From Camelus dromedarius (lineage: Eukaryota), in contig NC_087447.1 in the NCBI RefSeq assembly GCF_036321535.1, forward strand, positions 43,402,001 through 43,466,000: 64,000 bases of DNA, given 5' to 3'. A model generated the notes under the pieces. It ran no database searches. It was not told the DNA's origin and was given only the letters and a program-made list of their open reading frames with translations. Position 1 is the first letter of the stretch. Each line of letters begins with the position of its first letter. The position numbers were made by a program, and so were the translations under genes. Below, piece after piece: positions 37,580-51,110 of the stretch.

Positions 37580-39699
37580 TTTGTTTGTTCTTGATTTTGT
37601 TTCCTTCTGGGGGAAAAATAAGAAGATAGCAGACAATGAGGAAAACAGTGAATTATCAGAGGGATTGAGAGTAGACGTAAACAGCTTTCCCTCAGCAGAT
37701 TTTTGATGCTAGTTCTGCAAATGTAACTCTCACATCCTTAGTGTGTACAAACAACACTGAACATATTTGCTCCTGTGAATCTTCTCACCACAAGCCATTA
37801 TTAAGTCCTCTTTCTCGCACCCCTTGCTTGAATTACACTGTAGGCATGCATTCTGATAATACCCCATCTTACCTGTGAGCCTAATTTTTGCAATTGATTT
37901 CTGAAAAATAGAAATGTCCTGGTAAAAGAGGGGTTTATAAAAGTGTTCAGTGGAAGGAATTCTGATGCGACATCACTGTTCAATCTTTTTACTTAAAGAG
38001 ATATTAAAATACAACTGGCATGTGGCACTATTGACTTCATACAATTTAAAGCATGATTATACGAGGAATAAAGATGAATGAATGAATGATAAGATAATAA
38101 GATGCTGGTTTTGACTGGTACTCTAGGTGTGTCCTTGCAAAGAAAGATATCCAAATAGATTGTAGAACACTCATTGCTAGGCTGAACTCTCACATACTGT
38201 TCTTTTCTCTGCGACTTTATATGAAAAATGTCCTTTATTGACCAACTGAATACCTAGAACTATAGCATTAATTTAGCTCACTCATGTTTCAAAGCTCTTG
38301 TTACATACTAGGCTCTGTAACTGTCTCCAGCCATTCTATTTTCAGAATTATTTTAACTTATTCACAAGCACATATAGTTGAATAAGAAGATCTTTTTGTT
38401 TCGGCCCATGTACTTACTTATAACCAGTTTCAAATTTAAAATTCATTTTTTGCACATATTTCATATTGCCTTTGCATTTGTTATTGTACTATTATTTGTT
38501 TGGATACTTCTGCCCCAAGTACTTAATTTGTAAATGTTCAAGCTTACTTTGTCAATACACTTTATAACACACTTTAAAACACACTTTGTATGTAACCTGA
38601 AAATAAAAATAAAAATTGAAATACTCAATTCCTTAATTATTATAGAACATGGCTGAGAAAAGCAATATGATAAAACTAGGCAGAATATGAAGATGTAGAT
38701 AATTCTCTTAAGCATTTTACTATAAAACAACATTGTAAAAGATTCTGGTATCTTTTTTGGTCATGAATTATTTCTACAAAGACAATCCTTTTATGGGAGT
38801 TAAAAATGCCGCCTTTAGCCTCATTCATGCTCTTCTAGCTTCATAAGTCAGATTCTATTTGTTGAAGCCTGGACCCCCACCATTCCTAGAATCTTTCTGA
38901 TCTCTCTCGGTCAACGTGCACACATGAGTTCAGAATGAGACTAATCTAGGAGGTTATTTTGAAGCTTGTTGATTCCTGAATGAAACTCAACCAGATGGCC
39001 CTCCTAGTGGTGGGGCAAGCTATGGATTCAGACAGTACTCACCAGTCATCCATAAAGCAGTTAGCAGAGATTTTAGAAATTTTATTAAAAATGCCAGTTT
39101 TGTTAAATTTGAAAGAACCAGGTAGTTTCAGGTCCCAAAGGGAGAAAAGAGGTATTTCTCTAGTATTTTTGTCTCTGTTTGAAAAAATATATATATCTAT
39201 GAATTAATGACATCCCCTGTGCTCTAATGCCCCCATTATCTGGGGATGTGCCATGACTGGCAGATGTATCAGCTTGAGCTGCTGGGGAGGCAGGGATAGG
39301 CAGAGATGGTGTCTCACCTGCGAGTCCTCTGGGGCTAGTCTTTAATTCTGTTCCTCAGCTTCAGTTCCAAATATAGGAGATGTGAATCCCTGGACTAATC
39401 CTCAGGCTCACTGTGGTCTCTAAAATTGTCTGTGAGCAAAGGCTGTGCTGCTCCCCAAGGAGTCATTAAAACCACCTACTAATCCAAACCCAAGTCTAGT
39501 TTCAGGAAAACAACCTTCTTATCAAAGGCAAGCAATTGTTCCAATGAGCTTGAAAATATACTTGCTTATGACTGCAGTAAGTCAGCCTTGGTTTCGAATC
39601 AGAGCCAGCATGTTAATAGGACTAAATAATAATGATAATAAAAAATAAGGGTAACAGGTAGTGGACAGTAGTAGTACTGCTAGTAGTAAATTATTTCTA

Positions 39700-40170
39700 G
39701 TTTTGTGATTAGGGGTGAAAATTCTGGAGCCACACTACCCAGGACTGGAATCCAAACTCATCCACTTACATATGATCTTAGGCCAGTTACTTAACCTTCC
39801 TGTGCTCCTATTTCCTCATCTTCAAGTGGGGACAATAGCAATACTTCTCAGTGGGATGTTGAAAGGATTAAACTAATTAAAACATTAAACAATTCTTTCT
39901 TGTGTTATTGTTACTGTTTTTATTGTTTTCATATTAATAGTGTCTGATAATTATTGAGTACTCACTGTATGCTAGACGTTATTCTAAACTCTTGACATTT
40001 ATTGTCTCTCTTAATCTCCAACAGTTCTGTTATCTTCATTGCATAGATGAGGAACGGAAGTACTTAGAGTTAAGTAACATGGCCAAGGTCACAAAGCAAG
40101 TGAGTGGGTGGCTGAGGTGGGATTTGAAATAAGCAATTTGAGCCCAGAATTTAGATCTTTCTCCTTAATG
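39700..40170. mobile_element. Two MIR SINEs (+ at ~39700-39900, - at ~39940-40170)
   Basis: ggccagttacttaaccttcctgtgctcctatttcctcatc; gcatagatgaggaacggaag...aagtaacatggccaaggtcaca. Confidence 0.75.
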
Positions 40171-41879
40171 CTATTCTGTTTTCTGTCAATTATAAGGTGC
40201 TTTTAAATGATGTCATGTACATTATGTTCATTTATATTGTCATATTTAAACATCTGAATACCTGACTCCATATGTAATGGTGCTACGTAAGTGGATGAGG
40301 GCCATCTAAATAAAAACTCTCATCCATGTTGATTTTCTTCCAGTAAGCAATGTTGCTGCCATTCTGCACACATTTCTAACTTAGAAAAACTCTGCTAATA
40401 ACATGTGCCTAACAGCCAGTGAGAGTTTTTAACTGCAAGCAACAGAAATAAAGTCTGGATATTTTCAGTAGATCAGAAGCCACCAGGAAGGCTGTAGAAT
40501 CAGGTTGAAAGGTATGCCCCAAGTCCCTGCACGGAACTGAGCACGTGAGGACCCCACTGCTGGTGCTGCTCAGTGCTAGGAACTGCAGCCTGTGTTATAA
40601 GCGCAACCACCGCTGCATACTGGACACTAAGGACACTAACATCAGCCCTGCTGTCCAGAAACTGGATCTGCTGCCTCAGCAATACTTCCAGGGGCTTCCT
40701 CTGAGCTCAGCTGATGTAACATATCAACTGACAGGGTCAGTGTCTGCCCTAGGAATTTTGGCTTAGTCATTGATAGCCCTTCATTTCACTCAACTACTTA
40801 GGCAGAGAATTTACAAGTACAAATCTTTAATTCTCTTTGAGGCTTCTAGAATGATTAGAAGAGACAATCCAACACCATAGTTAATGAATTTCTGAAGTTC
40901 TTCATTCTGATGAAGGGCATTTTGTCATTAAAGACTTGCCTTCAGTGGCCACTTTAGGTGACCACAGGTGATATTTAGTGAACTATTTTAAACCTGAGTC
41001 TCTTCACATTAGTTTGATGTTCACTGCCTTTTGCCACAACCAACTCCTTTGTTGACTTTTACATTATTTATGGTTCTTAAACTAAGTAATATTAACAACT
41101 GTGGCTAAATTAAGCAGAATTGGGTTGATTGATCATAATGATCTTAGACTCATGAGTAGCCACTCAATAAGACTTTACTTTTGTGAATCAAATTAAATGC
41201 TTATTTGACCTTCTAACTGTGTTCTGTAGATCACTTATCCATTTTTCTTATTTTTTATGCTTCCGTCTCTCCATGCTTTATTATGAACATTTTCTTCTGA
41301 CATATCTTCCAGCTCACTAATTTTCTCCACTGTGTCAAATATGTTATTAAAACCATCTGTTAAGCTCAATTTTTATATTGAGTTTTGAGTTTTGTAAGAT
41401 AGTTTCTTTTTATATAGTTTTCAGTTTTCACTAAGATTTCAACATTTTTTAGTGTCCTTTAATACATTAATTATAGTCATTGGTTATTCCAGTATCTGGA
41501 GCCCCTTGGGTCTGTTTCTATTGTCTCTTGCTTCTGCTATTTCTTTGTATGTTGTCTTATCTTTTCTTCTTTCCACATAGCCCCATGAGACTGTCAAAAA
41601 TCACGAATAAGCTTTTTGGCCACCTCCTTTTGGGAATCTGCAAAATTCCCTAGGAAAGAAAAGTCCTGAATGTTAGGCTCAGCTCTGTGGGTTTCCATCT
41701 TTGCCTAGATCTTACCCTTATAATAACTCACTACTTTGTTACTTATCTGTTGCCTTCAAGAAGTTGATTTCATTTTCACCAGATTCTGGTTGTTCTGAGA
41801 GGATTAGTTTGAATAGGCTAATCAACCAGTATCAAAAGTGGATGAATACTTATCTTTTTATTTTGTTTTTGTTTTGTTC

Positions 41880-42020
41880 TGCAATTTTCGAGTACTGGAA
41901 TGTGACTTTTATGAGTGCAAGGACTGTGATTCTCATGCTTGCCCTTTTATTCCCAGTGCTTAGTACAGTGCCCAAGACTTAGTAGGTGCTCAGTAAATAT
42001 TTGCAGAATGAAGGAATGAT
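41880..42020 (+). mobile_element. L2 3' end
   Basis: tattcccagtgcttagtacagtgcccaagacttagtaggtgctcagtaaatatttgcagaatgaa. Confidence 0.8.
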
Positions 42021-42079
42021 TCCCGAATATGAGTCTTTGGACATACGTTATATTTGACAACTTCATTCAAATAAATTCA

Positions 42080-42400
42080 AAGAGACAGAATCCTGAATTA
42101 TTTTTGAAGAACAAATTAGGGGTTGCCAGAAGTTAAGGAGGGGATGGGAATGGGGATGGGACAGGAGTTGTGGTGACTATAAAAGGATAACACGAAGGAT
42201 CTTTGTGGTGATGAAAATGTTCTTTATCTTGACTGCATCGCTGTCAATATCCTGTTTGTGAGATTATACTATAGTTTTATAAGATGTTACCATTGGGGAA
42301 AAGTGGGTAAAGGGTGTGCAGGATCTCCCTGTACTACTATTTCTTATAACTACCTGTAAATCTATAATTATCTCAAAATAATACATTTAATTTAAAAAGT
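42080..42400 (+). mobile_element. L1MC/MD-type 3' UTR fragment
   Basis: ggttgccagaagttaaggagggg...tgtggtgatgaaaatgttctttatcttgactg...gatgttaccattgggg. Confidence 0.75.
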
Positions 42401-43501
42401 AGCATCATCTAGAAATATATATGTATACATATATGTGTATATATATATATACACACAAGCACTAATTTTTCCCAGAAGGATTTCTATTTTGAATTGAAAT
42501 TACATCTGCTCACTGTATCTTTGTTTATTCTTCTTTTTTAATTGACGTACAGTCAGTTACAATGCATCAATTTCTGGTGTACAGCACAATGTCCCAGTCA
42601 TGCATGTTTTTGTTTGTTCTTGTGTGTCCCAATACAATTAGAATTATTTTAGAAATCCATCAAAAGTTTTCATTAAAAATTCTAATGTACACATAAAAAT
42701 AAGTTTATAGATATTCTTAGATGGTACATATTTATATGAGCATGGGTACATATAATTTTCTCTGTCCTGATGGATTTTCAGTGGAATTTTGACAAACAAG
42801 TATTGTCCTCAAGGGGTTACATCCCCAAAGACCCTGAATCTCATGAATATAACCTTGCTTGGCAGAGACAAGTCTTTGACATTTGTCCTTGTTGTTGAGG
42901 TACAAACATCTGCAGGTAATAACTTTCCTTTTCTATTGATACAGGAACGTTTGTCTCTCATTTTTGTATTAGAACCTAAGGTTTGGGTATTTTAAGGGAA
43001 TAATCATTTGTTGAACATCCACTTATTTCTATGAGTATTGTTTGGTATTATCATGCACATTATCTTATTCAAAACAAGAATTTTCTGAGGTATTTCTTTA
43101 AACAAATAAATATGGAAGGGTTGAAGATTTTATATAAATTGTCTAAGATTCCATAGGTAATCAGTGGGAAAGCAAGAATCTGATTCCAGGCCTAGATGGC
43201 TGCAAAATTCATGGCTTGTCTGTGCTTCCACGCCATTACTGGCACTCAAAACAGACTCTGAACTTGATCTGGTCATAGGCATCTATTTTCTCTAAAATTT
43301 TAAGCTTTCTGTCTTGGGCCTGTGTCTAGTTAATGAAGTTTCTAATTCTAATTCTAGGTAGGATTTCTGAGTTCAGACATGTAATTGTTGTTCGTATCGT
43401 GACATGTTATTGCTCAACCAATTCACATATAACATTATTTCTGTTCAGAATAAAAGTGTAACAATGTGGCTGGCTGAGCACATGGTTGATGATGCCATTT
43501 G

Positions 43502-43543
43502 AGTGTGTGTGTGTGTGTGTGTGTGTCTGTGTCTGTGTCTGTG
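43502..43543. repeat. (TG)n / (TCTGTG)n microsatellite
   Basis: Read directly from the sequence. Confidence 0.9.
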
Positions 43544-44276
43544 TAATGTCAATGTGCTTGACACTGAATTCTTGAAGGAAAAATAAATTATTCTTTCATC
43601 TTGGTTGCTCTGTAAAGAGCCAATTATAGGAATTCTTGTGGTTGTTATTGTTGAGGAGTTTTGACAATGAAAATGCTGCACAAAGAATGGAGGTTTCCAC
43701 GAGTAAATAAACCTTATATTAAATGACATAAGAAAACATTGAATCATCTTAAATTTCTTCCAGTAGAAGAGAAAAGAATATAATTGATAAAACGGGATGA
43801 AATATTTGACATGTGGAAAAGAAATTTTCTCTCTTATTTTCTCAGCTACAACACCTCTTTCTGTTCCCTCTGGACAGCCTGTCCTTCATCCTCCCCTGCT
43901 CCATCATTTCCTCTCCACTTATTTTTGTAACAGTTTTTTTTTCTATTCCTTTCTTAATTCTATTATAGGCAACAATTGGATATTTAAAATACATAGACAC
44001 AAAGACATTGCAGATTCCATAAATAAAGTATCTTTCTACCTAAAACATTCTCTTCCTGTGGATGTGTGGATTATGGGCTATGGTGGGTTTAATCTGTGCC
44101 AAATCCTGGAATATCAGCCTTGATTTGATTCTAAAACACAGAGTCACAACTACTCAGGCAGATTCTGTAATTCCTGAATCTCACCAATTGTCAGGCTTAT
44201 CTATAAAGGCAGTTCATTCAGACCAAGTACAGTTGCAACTATTTGATAATTCTTCTATGTACTGAATAAATATTTT

Positions 44277-45046
44277 TTAATTGAAGTATAGTGATCTACA
44301 ATGTTGTTAGTTTCAGATGTACAGCAAAGTGGTTCAGTTACACACATACATCTATAAAACTATTCTTTTTCAGGTTCTTTTCTATTACAGGTTATTACAA
44401 GACATTGAATATAGCTCTCTGTGCTATACAGTAGACTCTTGTTGGTTATCTATTTTATATATGTTAATCCCAAACTCCTGATTTATCCCCCTCCCCTCTT
44501 TTCCCTTTGGTAACCACAGGTTTGTTTTCTATGTCTGTGAGCCTTTATGTTTTATAAATAAATTCACTTGTATCATTATTTTTTAGATTCGACATATAAG
44601 CTATATCATATGATATTTGTCTTTCTGTGTCTGACTTACTTCACTTAGTATGATAATCTCTAGGTCCATCCATGTTGCTGCAAATGGCATTATTTCATTC
44701 TTTTTTATGGCTGAGTAGTTGTTCACTGCATATATCGACCACAACTTCTTTATCCAGTCATCCGTTGATGGACATTTAGGTTGTTGCCGTGTTTTGGCTA
44801 TTGTAAATAGTGCTGCTATGAACATTGGGGTGCATGTATCTTTTCCAATTAGAGTTTTCTCTGGATATATGCCCAGGAGTGGGGTTGCTGGATCATATGG
44901 TAACTCTATTTTTAGTTTTTTAAGGAACCTCTGTACTGTTCTCCATAGTGGCTGCACCAATTTACATTCCCACCAATGGTGTGGGAGGGTTCCTTTTCCC
45001 CACACCCTCTCCTGAGCTTATTTGTCAACTTTTTGATGATGACCAT
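44277..45046 (-). mobile_element. 5'-truncated L1 with ORF2 C-terminal remnant and TSD
   Basis: ORF 44601-45005 ([10 protein letters not shown]...[12 protein letters not shown]...[14 protein letters not shown]...FAATWMDLE) is the L1 ORF2 C-terminus. TSD tgaata(a/g)atatttt at 44263-44276 and 45047-45060. Confidence 0.93.
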
Positions 45047-46719
45047 TGAATAGATATTTTGTGTATCCTCTGGACTTCTAAGACTTGGACCCTGGAGTAG
45101 TAAAAAAATAAATAAAGTACGTCAGCTTCCCTCCCGAGTCATTTCTTGCCTAAGGTTAACGTCACTTGTTCCTCCATTCACTTCAGACTCCCGTGCCTGC
45201 TCCTCTCTACTCATATGCTCACCCAGTTCACACAGAGTGCCAGTCAGCCTCCCTATTTTGTAGCAGCTATTGCAAAATTTCCTCCCATTTTGTTAGTTCC
45301 CCTTTGTCTGTACTGATCCATGTTATACTCCCAACGTCTATTACCAATAAAGCCTGCTTTTCCATAAACTCCCGAGACTCTACAAATACTCAAATATTTT
45401 CTCTTATTTGTGACTAAGGATGCCCACATTTAATTTTTAATTTTCATGAGAATTTTGCTGTCCTTCATAAAAACCAATTTCTCCAGTTTGGGGATTTTCT
45501 CTCTCATCTCTCTCAAGTTCAGTTTAAACATTTTAGGTAATATCAGCATATATCTTCATCCCATCCTGTCTTAGTGAGATGTTCTCTATTTCTAGCCAAT
45601 TTTTTTGTAACCTTATATGAAATAGCAGGCATAGGTAGAACTGATATGTCACAATAGACTCTACATCATATCCAGGATGTACACTCCATAAAGATTATTC
45701 AAGATATCACTGGCAATTTTGGATCTATGTCAAGTCACCACTGCAGTAATCTCAGAAATGACTACTATAGGACAAATTTTTTTTAACCTCAGGATCTTTG
45801 ACCCTTGGTTTTACCTAGTAGTTCTCTTTATTGGTTTTTAATTTTCTAACAGGGATGACTTTTCTCTAGATGGGATGCTGGGATTGCCTCAAAATTATTA
45901 AATCAATCCAGGTTAATGGAATAGCTTCCCCATCACCTCTTCCCCACAATTTTGAGAGTAGTCTTCATTTCCTTTTTTGTTCATTCAGCTCTTAACTACA
46001 ACATACTAATACACATTCAATATTTTTTTGTAATATCTTCTCTACCCCCTCTTTGAATGTTATCTCCAGTCGACTGGAGCTGACAAAGGTTATTTTCAAG
46101 TCTCCTAATTTTCTCCTGAATCAAGAAGTACTGCTTCTGTCTCCCTTTAACCCTCGAAGCCTTTTCCTGTGCTCTTTGGTACTCGCAGTTACCAACAGAA
46201 TCTCACGTCCTCAATATCTCTTTTGAACACTCCATTCTCTTCACTGTCCTTTTCAATAGATACTTGGCCCCCCCGAAGGTATTCTTTTTCTCTGCAACCT
46301 TCTCAGGGGTCGAATGTCTTTTCTCTTACCCTTCATACTCCTGGGCCTGCTAGTGGATAGTATTCCTTCTCCCCTTTGCCACTTGTAGGCGTTCTATCTC
46401 CCCAGTGTCATGTCGCCTCATCCTCGGAAAGGTTTTGGCTCTGGCTTTCTCTCTTTCTCTCTTACGGTATTCTTGCCTCAAGTCCTGATGGTTTTAATAC
46501 CTCCGCAAAGAAAATCCTTCTAACGTCATGGCCTCTTAGTTTCTTGCTTTCTCCTCCAGAGATCTTGTTTTTCTCCCTACCCTACCCAGACATTCTCATT
46601 GTCAGAGTTTACACGTAATAGGCATCGTCATTTGCCGATAACTGTAACTTTTAATCTCACTTTAAACTGTTTGCATCCCAAACTGTAACCATCACCACCT
46701 CCTGTCTTTCTAGCTCATT

Positions 46720-46990
46720 CTCCCTGGTACAATCATTAACATGAATCTTCAGTCCCCTGGGGGCCCGCTGCCCTTTTGTTGGATTTGCCCATCTCATGTA
46801 CCTACTTCAGCTTTGCTCAGCTCACATATAATGGTTATTTTACTCTCTTCCTTGCATCTACACTCAAATACTATGCCTAGCCCCTTAGTTGCTCTGCAAA
46901 AAGAAAATCCTCGTTAAATATAATTTATCATCTACCAAGGACCCATAACGGTTCAGCTGAAAACAAGGGCACATCAGTTCCCTGGGACCG
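46720..46990 (+). promoter_or_regulatory. Candidate OR5P3 promoter (homeodomain plus O/E-Ebf sites)
   Basis: TCATTA (reverse TAATGA) at 46733, TCCCCTGGGG at 46753-46762, TCCCTGGGA at 46979-46987. Donor-like sites follow at 47081 and 47218, with an acceptor at 48340. Motif-based only. Confidence 0.35.
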
Positions 46991-48361
46991 GGCACTGAAG
47001 GAGACCCTTTATCCTTGTAGTGACATTTCTGTAGCCATTTCTGCATTAGAATTACTAGATTTGCAAAGCAACTTTTTAAGGTAAAGGTATTATTTATATA
47101 TTAACATAAGTAAAAAAACTTTTTGATCATATAAATGAATCAAATATACTTTCTGATATTCTATATTCTTCTTTAGAAATTACAGAAAATGTTTGTGTTA
47201 TATAAATACAACTCCAGGTATGACCTTTCATTTCAGCTCACTTATCAGAAGGCGATTTAATGTAAACTTAGTTATCTAACTTCTTTAGATGTCAGTTTCT
47301 AACTTTGTAAAATCAGAGAGATGGAGTGGCCTTTGGAAGCTGGGTATCCTGTGACTCTATGAGAAAGCTCTCATGCTTTTCTTGCTTTTTCATGATTTTT
47401 CTCAAACAAATTTATATGGGGGAAGAGCTTTCCAGAAGCTGACCTAAAGGTGTGATTTTTCTCAGACAGGAACTATTCAAATGGGGCTGGATGCCTGTGG
47501 GAATTAGGAGGCTGGAAGCTTTTGCTAGCAGCCCAGCCTCAGGTTCTGCAAAGCCTCAGACATCTGTAAAGCCTTTCAGGAGTAACCTGGTCAGTGTGTC
47601 TGGTTCCCTTTCCCCAGGTTGGCTCACTATCATGAATCAGATAGCTTGATCCTAAGATGCGGCGTCTCCTTTTCCAAACCTCAGTCTCTCCAGGTGGACT
47701 TGTTCATGATTTGAGCACCTTCTGCATTCCGTCTCTGTCCAAACTTCCTGGTTATTTGTTGTGCTTTCCTCCAATGGTGATACCTGTAGGTGGGGACCAC
47801 AGCCTGTGGATGAGCTACTGACCTCCTCCTGGTCCTCTGGATTAGCATGCAGCTAATCTGTTTGAGATCTGCTTTAAATTCAAGACTCATTATGACTGCA
47901 TCCTCTTTCATACAAGCAATGACGCCTCAGATGTCATGTTGAACAGTTGTTCTTTTCCATGAGCCCTGGCATGACATTTCTGCTCTCTTTGATCATATTT
48001 GGTTTAGAAGGTACAGTTACTGGGTCCCTGGTACCATCTAGTGGCCATCTCTAGGATGTGCTCATGTGAAACTATTTCTCGTGGACCACGTAAACTACAT
48101 AATGCGAATTGAGTTGAATGTGTTAATTTAAAAAAAAGATTTTTCTGAGTATTCCTGGCCTTGTATCAATGAGCATTTATATTTTCAAGTCCCACACAAG
48201 GTATTGTGTATGAAAACATTTCCCGCAAATATTTACATGAGTGTGTATGTTGTGATGTTTGTTATATAGCTATTGTAAAAAATAAGTATGTAGACTACGG
48301 TATTTTCTTCCATTCTGATATCCACTTGTTTTTCTTTCAGTGCGCACCATTCTCCATATAG

Positions 48362-49300
48362 ATGGGGACTGGAAACTACACAACTGTGACAGAGTTCATT
48401 ATTTTGGGGTTAACAGAAGGTACTACAGTTTGTGCCATTTTATTTATCATGTTTCTAGGAATCTATGTTGTCACCTTAATGGGCAATATCAGCATAATCA
48501 TGTTAATCAGAAGCAGCCCCCAGCTTCACACCCCAATGTACCTTTTCCTCTGCCATTTGGCCTTTGTGGACATTGGGTACTCCTCATCAGTCACACCTGT
48601 CATGCTCATGGGCTTCCTAGGGGAGGGCACCTCTATCCATGTTGCTGGTTGTGTCACCCAACTCTGTTCCGTGGTCACATTTGGGACAGCCGAGTGCTTC
48701 CTGCTGGCTGCCATGGCCTATGACCGCTATGTGGCCATCTGCTTGCCCCTGCTGTACTCCACCCATGTGTCCCCTAGAGTCTGTATCCTCTTAGTGGGGA
48801 TGTCCTACCTAGGTGGATGTGTGAACGCTTGGACATTTACTGGCTGTTTATTAAGTCTGTCCTTCTGTGGACTGAATAAAGTAAATCACTTTTTCTGTGA
48901 TTATTCACCACTTTTGGAGCTTTCTTGTTCTCATGATTTTACTTCTGAAATCATTCCAGCCATCTTTTCTGGCTCCATCATTGTAGTCACTGTATTTATC
49001 ATTGGTCTCTCTTACGTCTACATCATTTCCTCAGTCCTGAAGATGCGCTCCACGGAGGGGCGCCACAAAGCCTTCTCCACCTGCACGTCCCACCTCACAG
49101 CGGTCACTCTGTTCTTTGGCACCATCACATTCATTTATGTGATGCCCAAGTCCAGCTACTCAACTGAACAAAACAAAGTGGTATCTTTGTTTTACACAGT
49201 GGTGATCCCCATGTTGAACCCCCTCATCTACAGTCTGAGGAACAAGGATGTTAAAGAGGCCATGAGAAAATTAATGGCTAGAACACATTGGTGGTCCTAA
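48362..49300 (+). CDS. OR5P3: Olfactory receptor OR5P3 ortholog, 312 aa, intact
   Basis: [12 protein letters not shown]...VCAILF...[33 protein letters not shown] closely matches recalled human OR5P3. Acceptor tttctttcAG at 48339-48340. Confidence 0.92.
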   Translation: MGTGNYTTVTEFIILGLTEGTTVCAILFIMFLGIYVVTLMGNISIIMLIRSSPQLHTPMYLFLCHLAFVDIGYSSSVTPVMLMGFLGEGTSIHVAGCVTQLCSVVTFGTAECFLLAAMAYDRYVAICLPLLYSTHVSPRVCILLVGMSYLGGCVNAWTFTGCLLSLSFCGLNKVNHFFCDYSPLLELSCSHDFTSEIIPAIFSGSIIVVTVFIIGLSYVYIISSVLKMRSTEGRHKAFSTCTSHLTAVTLFFGTITFIYVMPKSSYSTEQNKVVSLFYTVVIPMLNPLIYSLRNKDVKEAMRKLMARTHWWS

Positions 49301-49557
49301 AGTAATCTGATTTTTAAGAATAAACACTATTGTAATAAAGGCTTCTCCTGAAGACGAATAAATAATGTACTAAGTAAATTTCAGTGTGTTTTCATAGTAT
49401 GCTAGGCCCACAAATTTTATCGCATTAGTCTCAAGAAAATTTTCAGGGTGAAAAAATAAACATGCACTACTAAGGTAGGAGCATTTAGCCAAAAAAAAAA
49501 AAAAGCTTTATTTTTACTTCACCCACCATTTCTGACATCTATAAGTACAAATATTTT

Positions 49558-49897
49558 CTTTTTTTTACTAATAGACTTTATTTTTTTTTAGAGCAGTTTC
49601 AGGTTCACAGCAGAGATGAGCAGAATATACAGAGAGTTTGCACATAGCCCTCCCTACCCACACATATATATTCCGCTACCCTCAACATCTCTCATCAGTG
49701 TGGCATATTTGGTACAATCGATGAACCAACATGGGCACATTATCATCAACCAAATTGCATAGTTTACCTTAGGGTTCACTCTTGATGTTGTACATTCTAT
49801 GGACTTTGACAAATGCATAATGACATGTAGCCACCACTATGGTATCTATACAGAATAATTTCGTTGCCCTAAAGATCTCTTGTGTTCCATCTATTAA
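49558..49897 (-). mobile_element. L1MC-type 3' end
   Basis: tagactttatttttttttagagcagtttcaggttcacagc...ttagggttcactcttgatgttgtacattctatgg. TSD tacaaatattttc. Confidence 0.85.
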
Positions 49898-50724
49898 ATA
49901 CAAATATTTTCAGATCAGTTCTGTGCTCTTTGAATGCAGTCTTTGAAAATAACTGCTGGAAGCATCAGAAACTCCTTGAATGGGAAATAAAGAATAGCAT
50001 TGCCACCCGTGATCTTGTCACCTGAAAGAGATGGTGCCCATGATGTACAGATAATCTAAGGGCTGAAATCAGTGATGCTGGTGGCTCTAACGCTTCTGCT
50101 GCTTTGTGATTGGAAGCTGAGCAACAGAGTTCCTCACACAATGCCTCTGCAGGTGAGCCTCATCAAGCCAACCCAGAGGCTATCTGAAAGCTCCATTTAG
50201 CCTAGCTTTTCCCTTTCAGGGATCTATTCCACTAAATACGTACAACAGTTTCCACTAGAAAGACTCTGGGGGCCAACTGGCATGACCTGGCTCCTTTCTA
50301 GATGAAGGTGTTCTTGAAGGTGTTTCAATCCTGTCAAATGTGTGCTGCCTACTTGTGTAATGTATGTTAAACCACTTCTTTCCCCCCTAGTCCTATTACC
50401 TCTGATACTGACATTCTCAGATTCCTTGCACATAATTTCACTGGAACTTCTGTAATAGCCCTGAAAATGCTCTCTTTAAACCAGATGGTATCACTTATGA
50501 AATTTAAAATTATTTGTATTCTTACAGACCTCTTTGTGTTTCTTCTCCCAGTTTGTTTTTTTTTTTCTTTCCTATGTGGATATTTTGTAATAAAAAAGGG
50601 ATAATATTTTTAGGAACCTTGTTTTTCCTTTAATAAAAAAATATAAACACTAGATTAATCTTAATACAAATTGTATCATGCGATCTTTCTATTTAGTCAT
50701 CAGCAATGATTCTACTACCCACAA

Positions 50725-51110
50725 CATTAAGTCCAGGGTAAGATTAGCTTCATGGCAGTGTGAGATGTGTCTCCTTTTTGTCCCCATTTTCAAACAACAA
50801 ATTAGGTAGCCATACATGAGCAAAAGTGCCTCAGGGGGACTTGTGGGATCCAAAACCATACTCCAAGGGATCCAGGAGGAGTTTTGCCCACCTGTGTGTC
50901 TGGTAATAGGCAGAAAGACCTCAGTATGGGCCTCAAAACCAGCAAGAGCCAGTGAACCTGCGCCAGTCCCTCTTGGCCATGGTGGAGAGTGCTGACTTGG
51001 GCAGAAACCTATGAATAAGAGAGACTTTGCAGAAATCCAGCCTTTTAGAGGGGGCGATTCCAGCATGCTGTTGGAACATAATAATAAAAATACAAATAAA
51101 AACAAAAACA
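50725..51110 (+). mobile_element. Probable L1 5'-region fragment truncating the OR pseudogene
   Basis: Resembles old L1 5' UTR sequence and abuts the OR fragment. Confidence 0.45.

Noticed and set aside
42140..42160. G-quadruplex motif GGGG-GGG-GGGG-GGG
   Set aside because: Part of the G-rich tract commonly found in L1 3' UTRs.
42670..42682. 11/13 match to the H/P-element core AACTTTTTAATGA on the reverse strand
   Set aside because: AT-rich context among L1 fragments with no adjacent O/E site; expected by chance.
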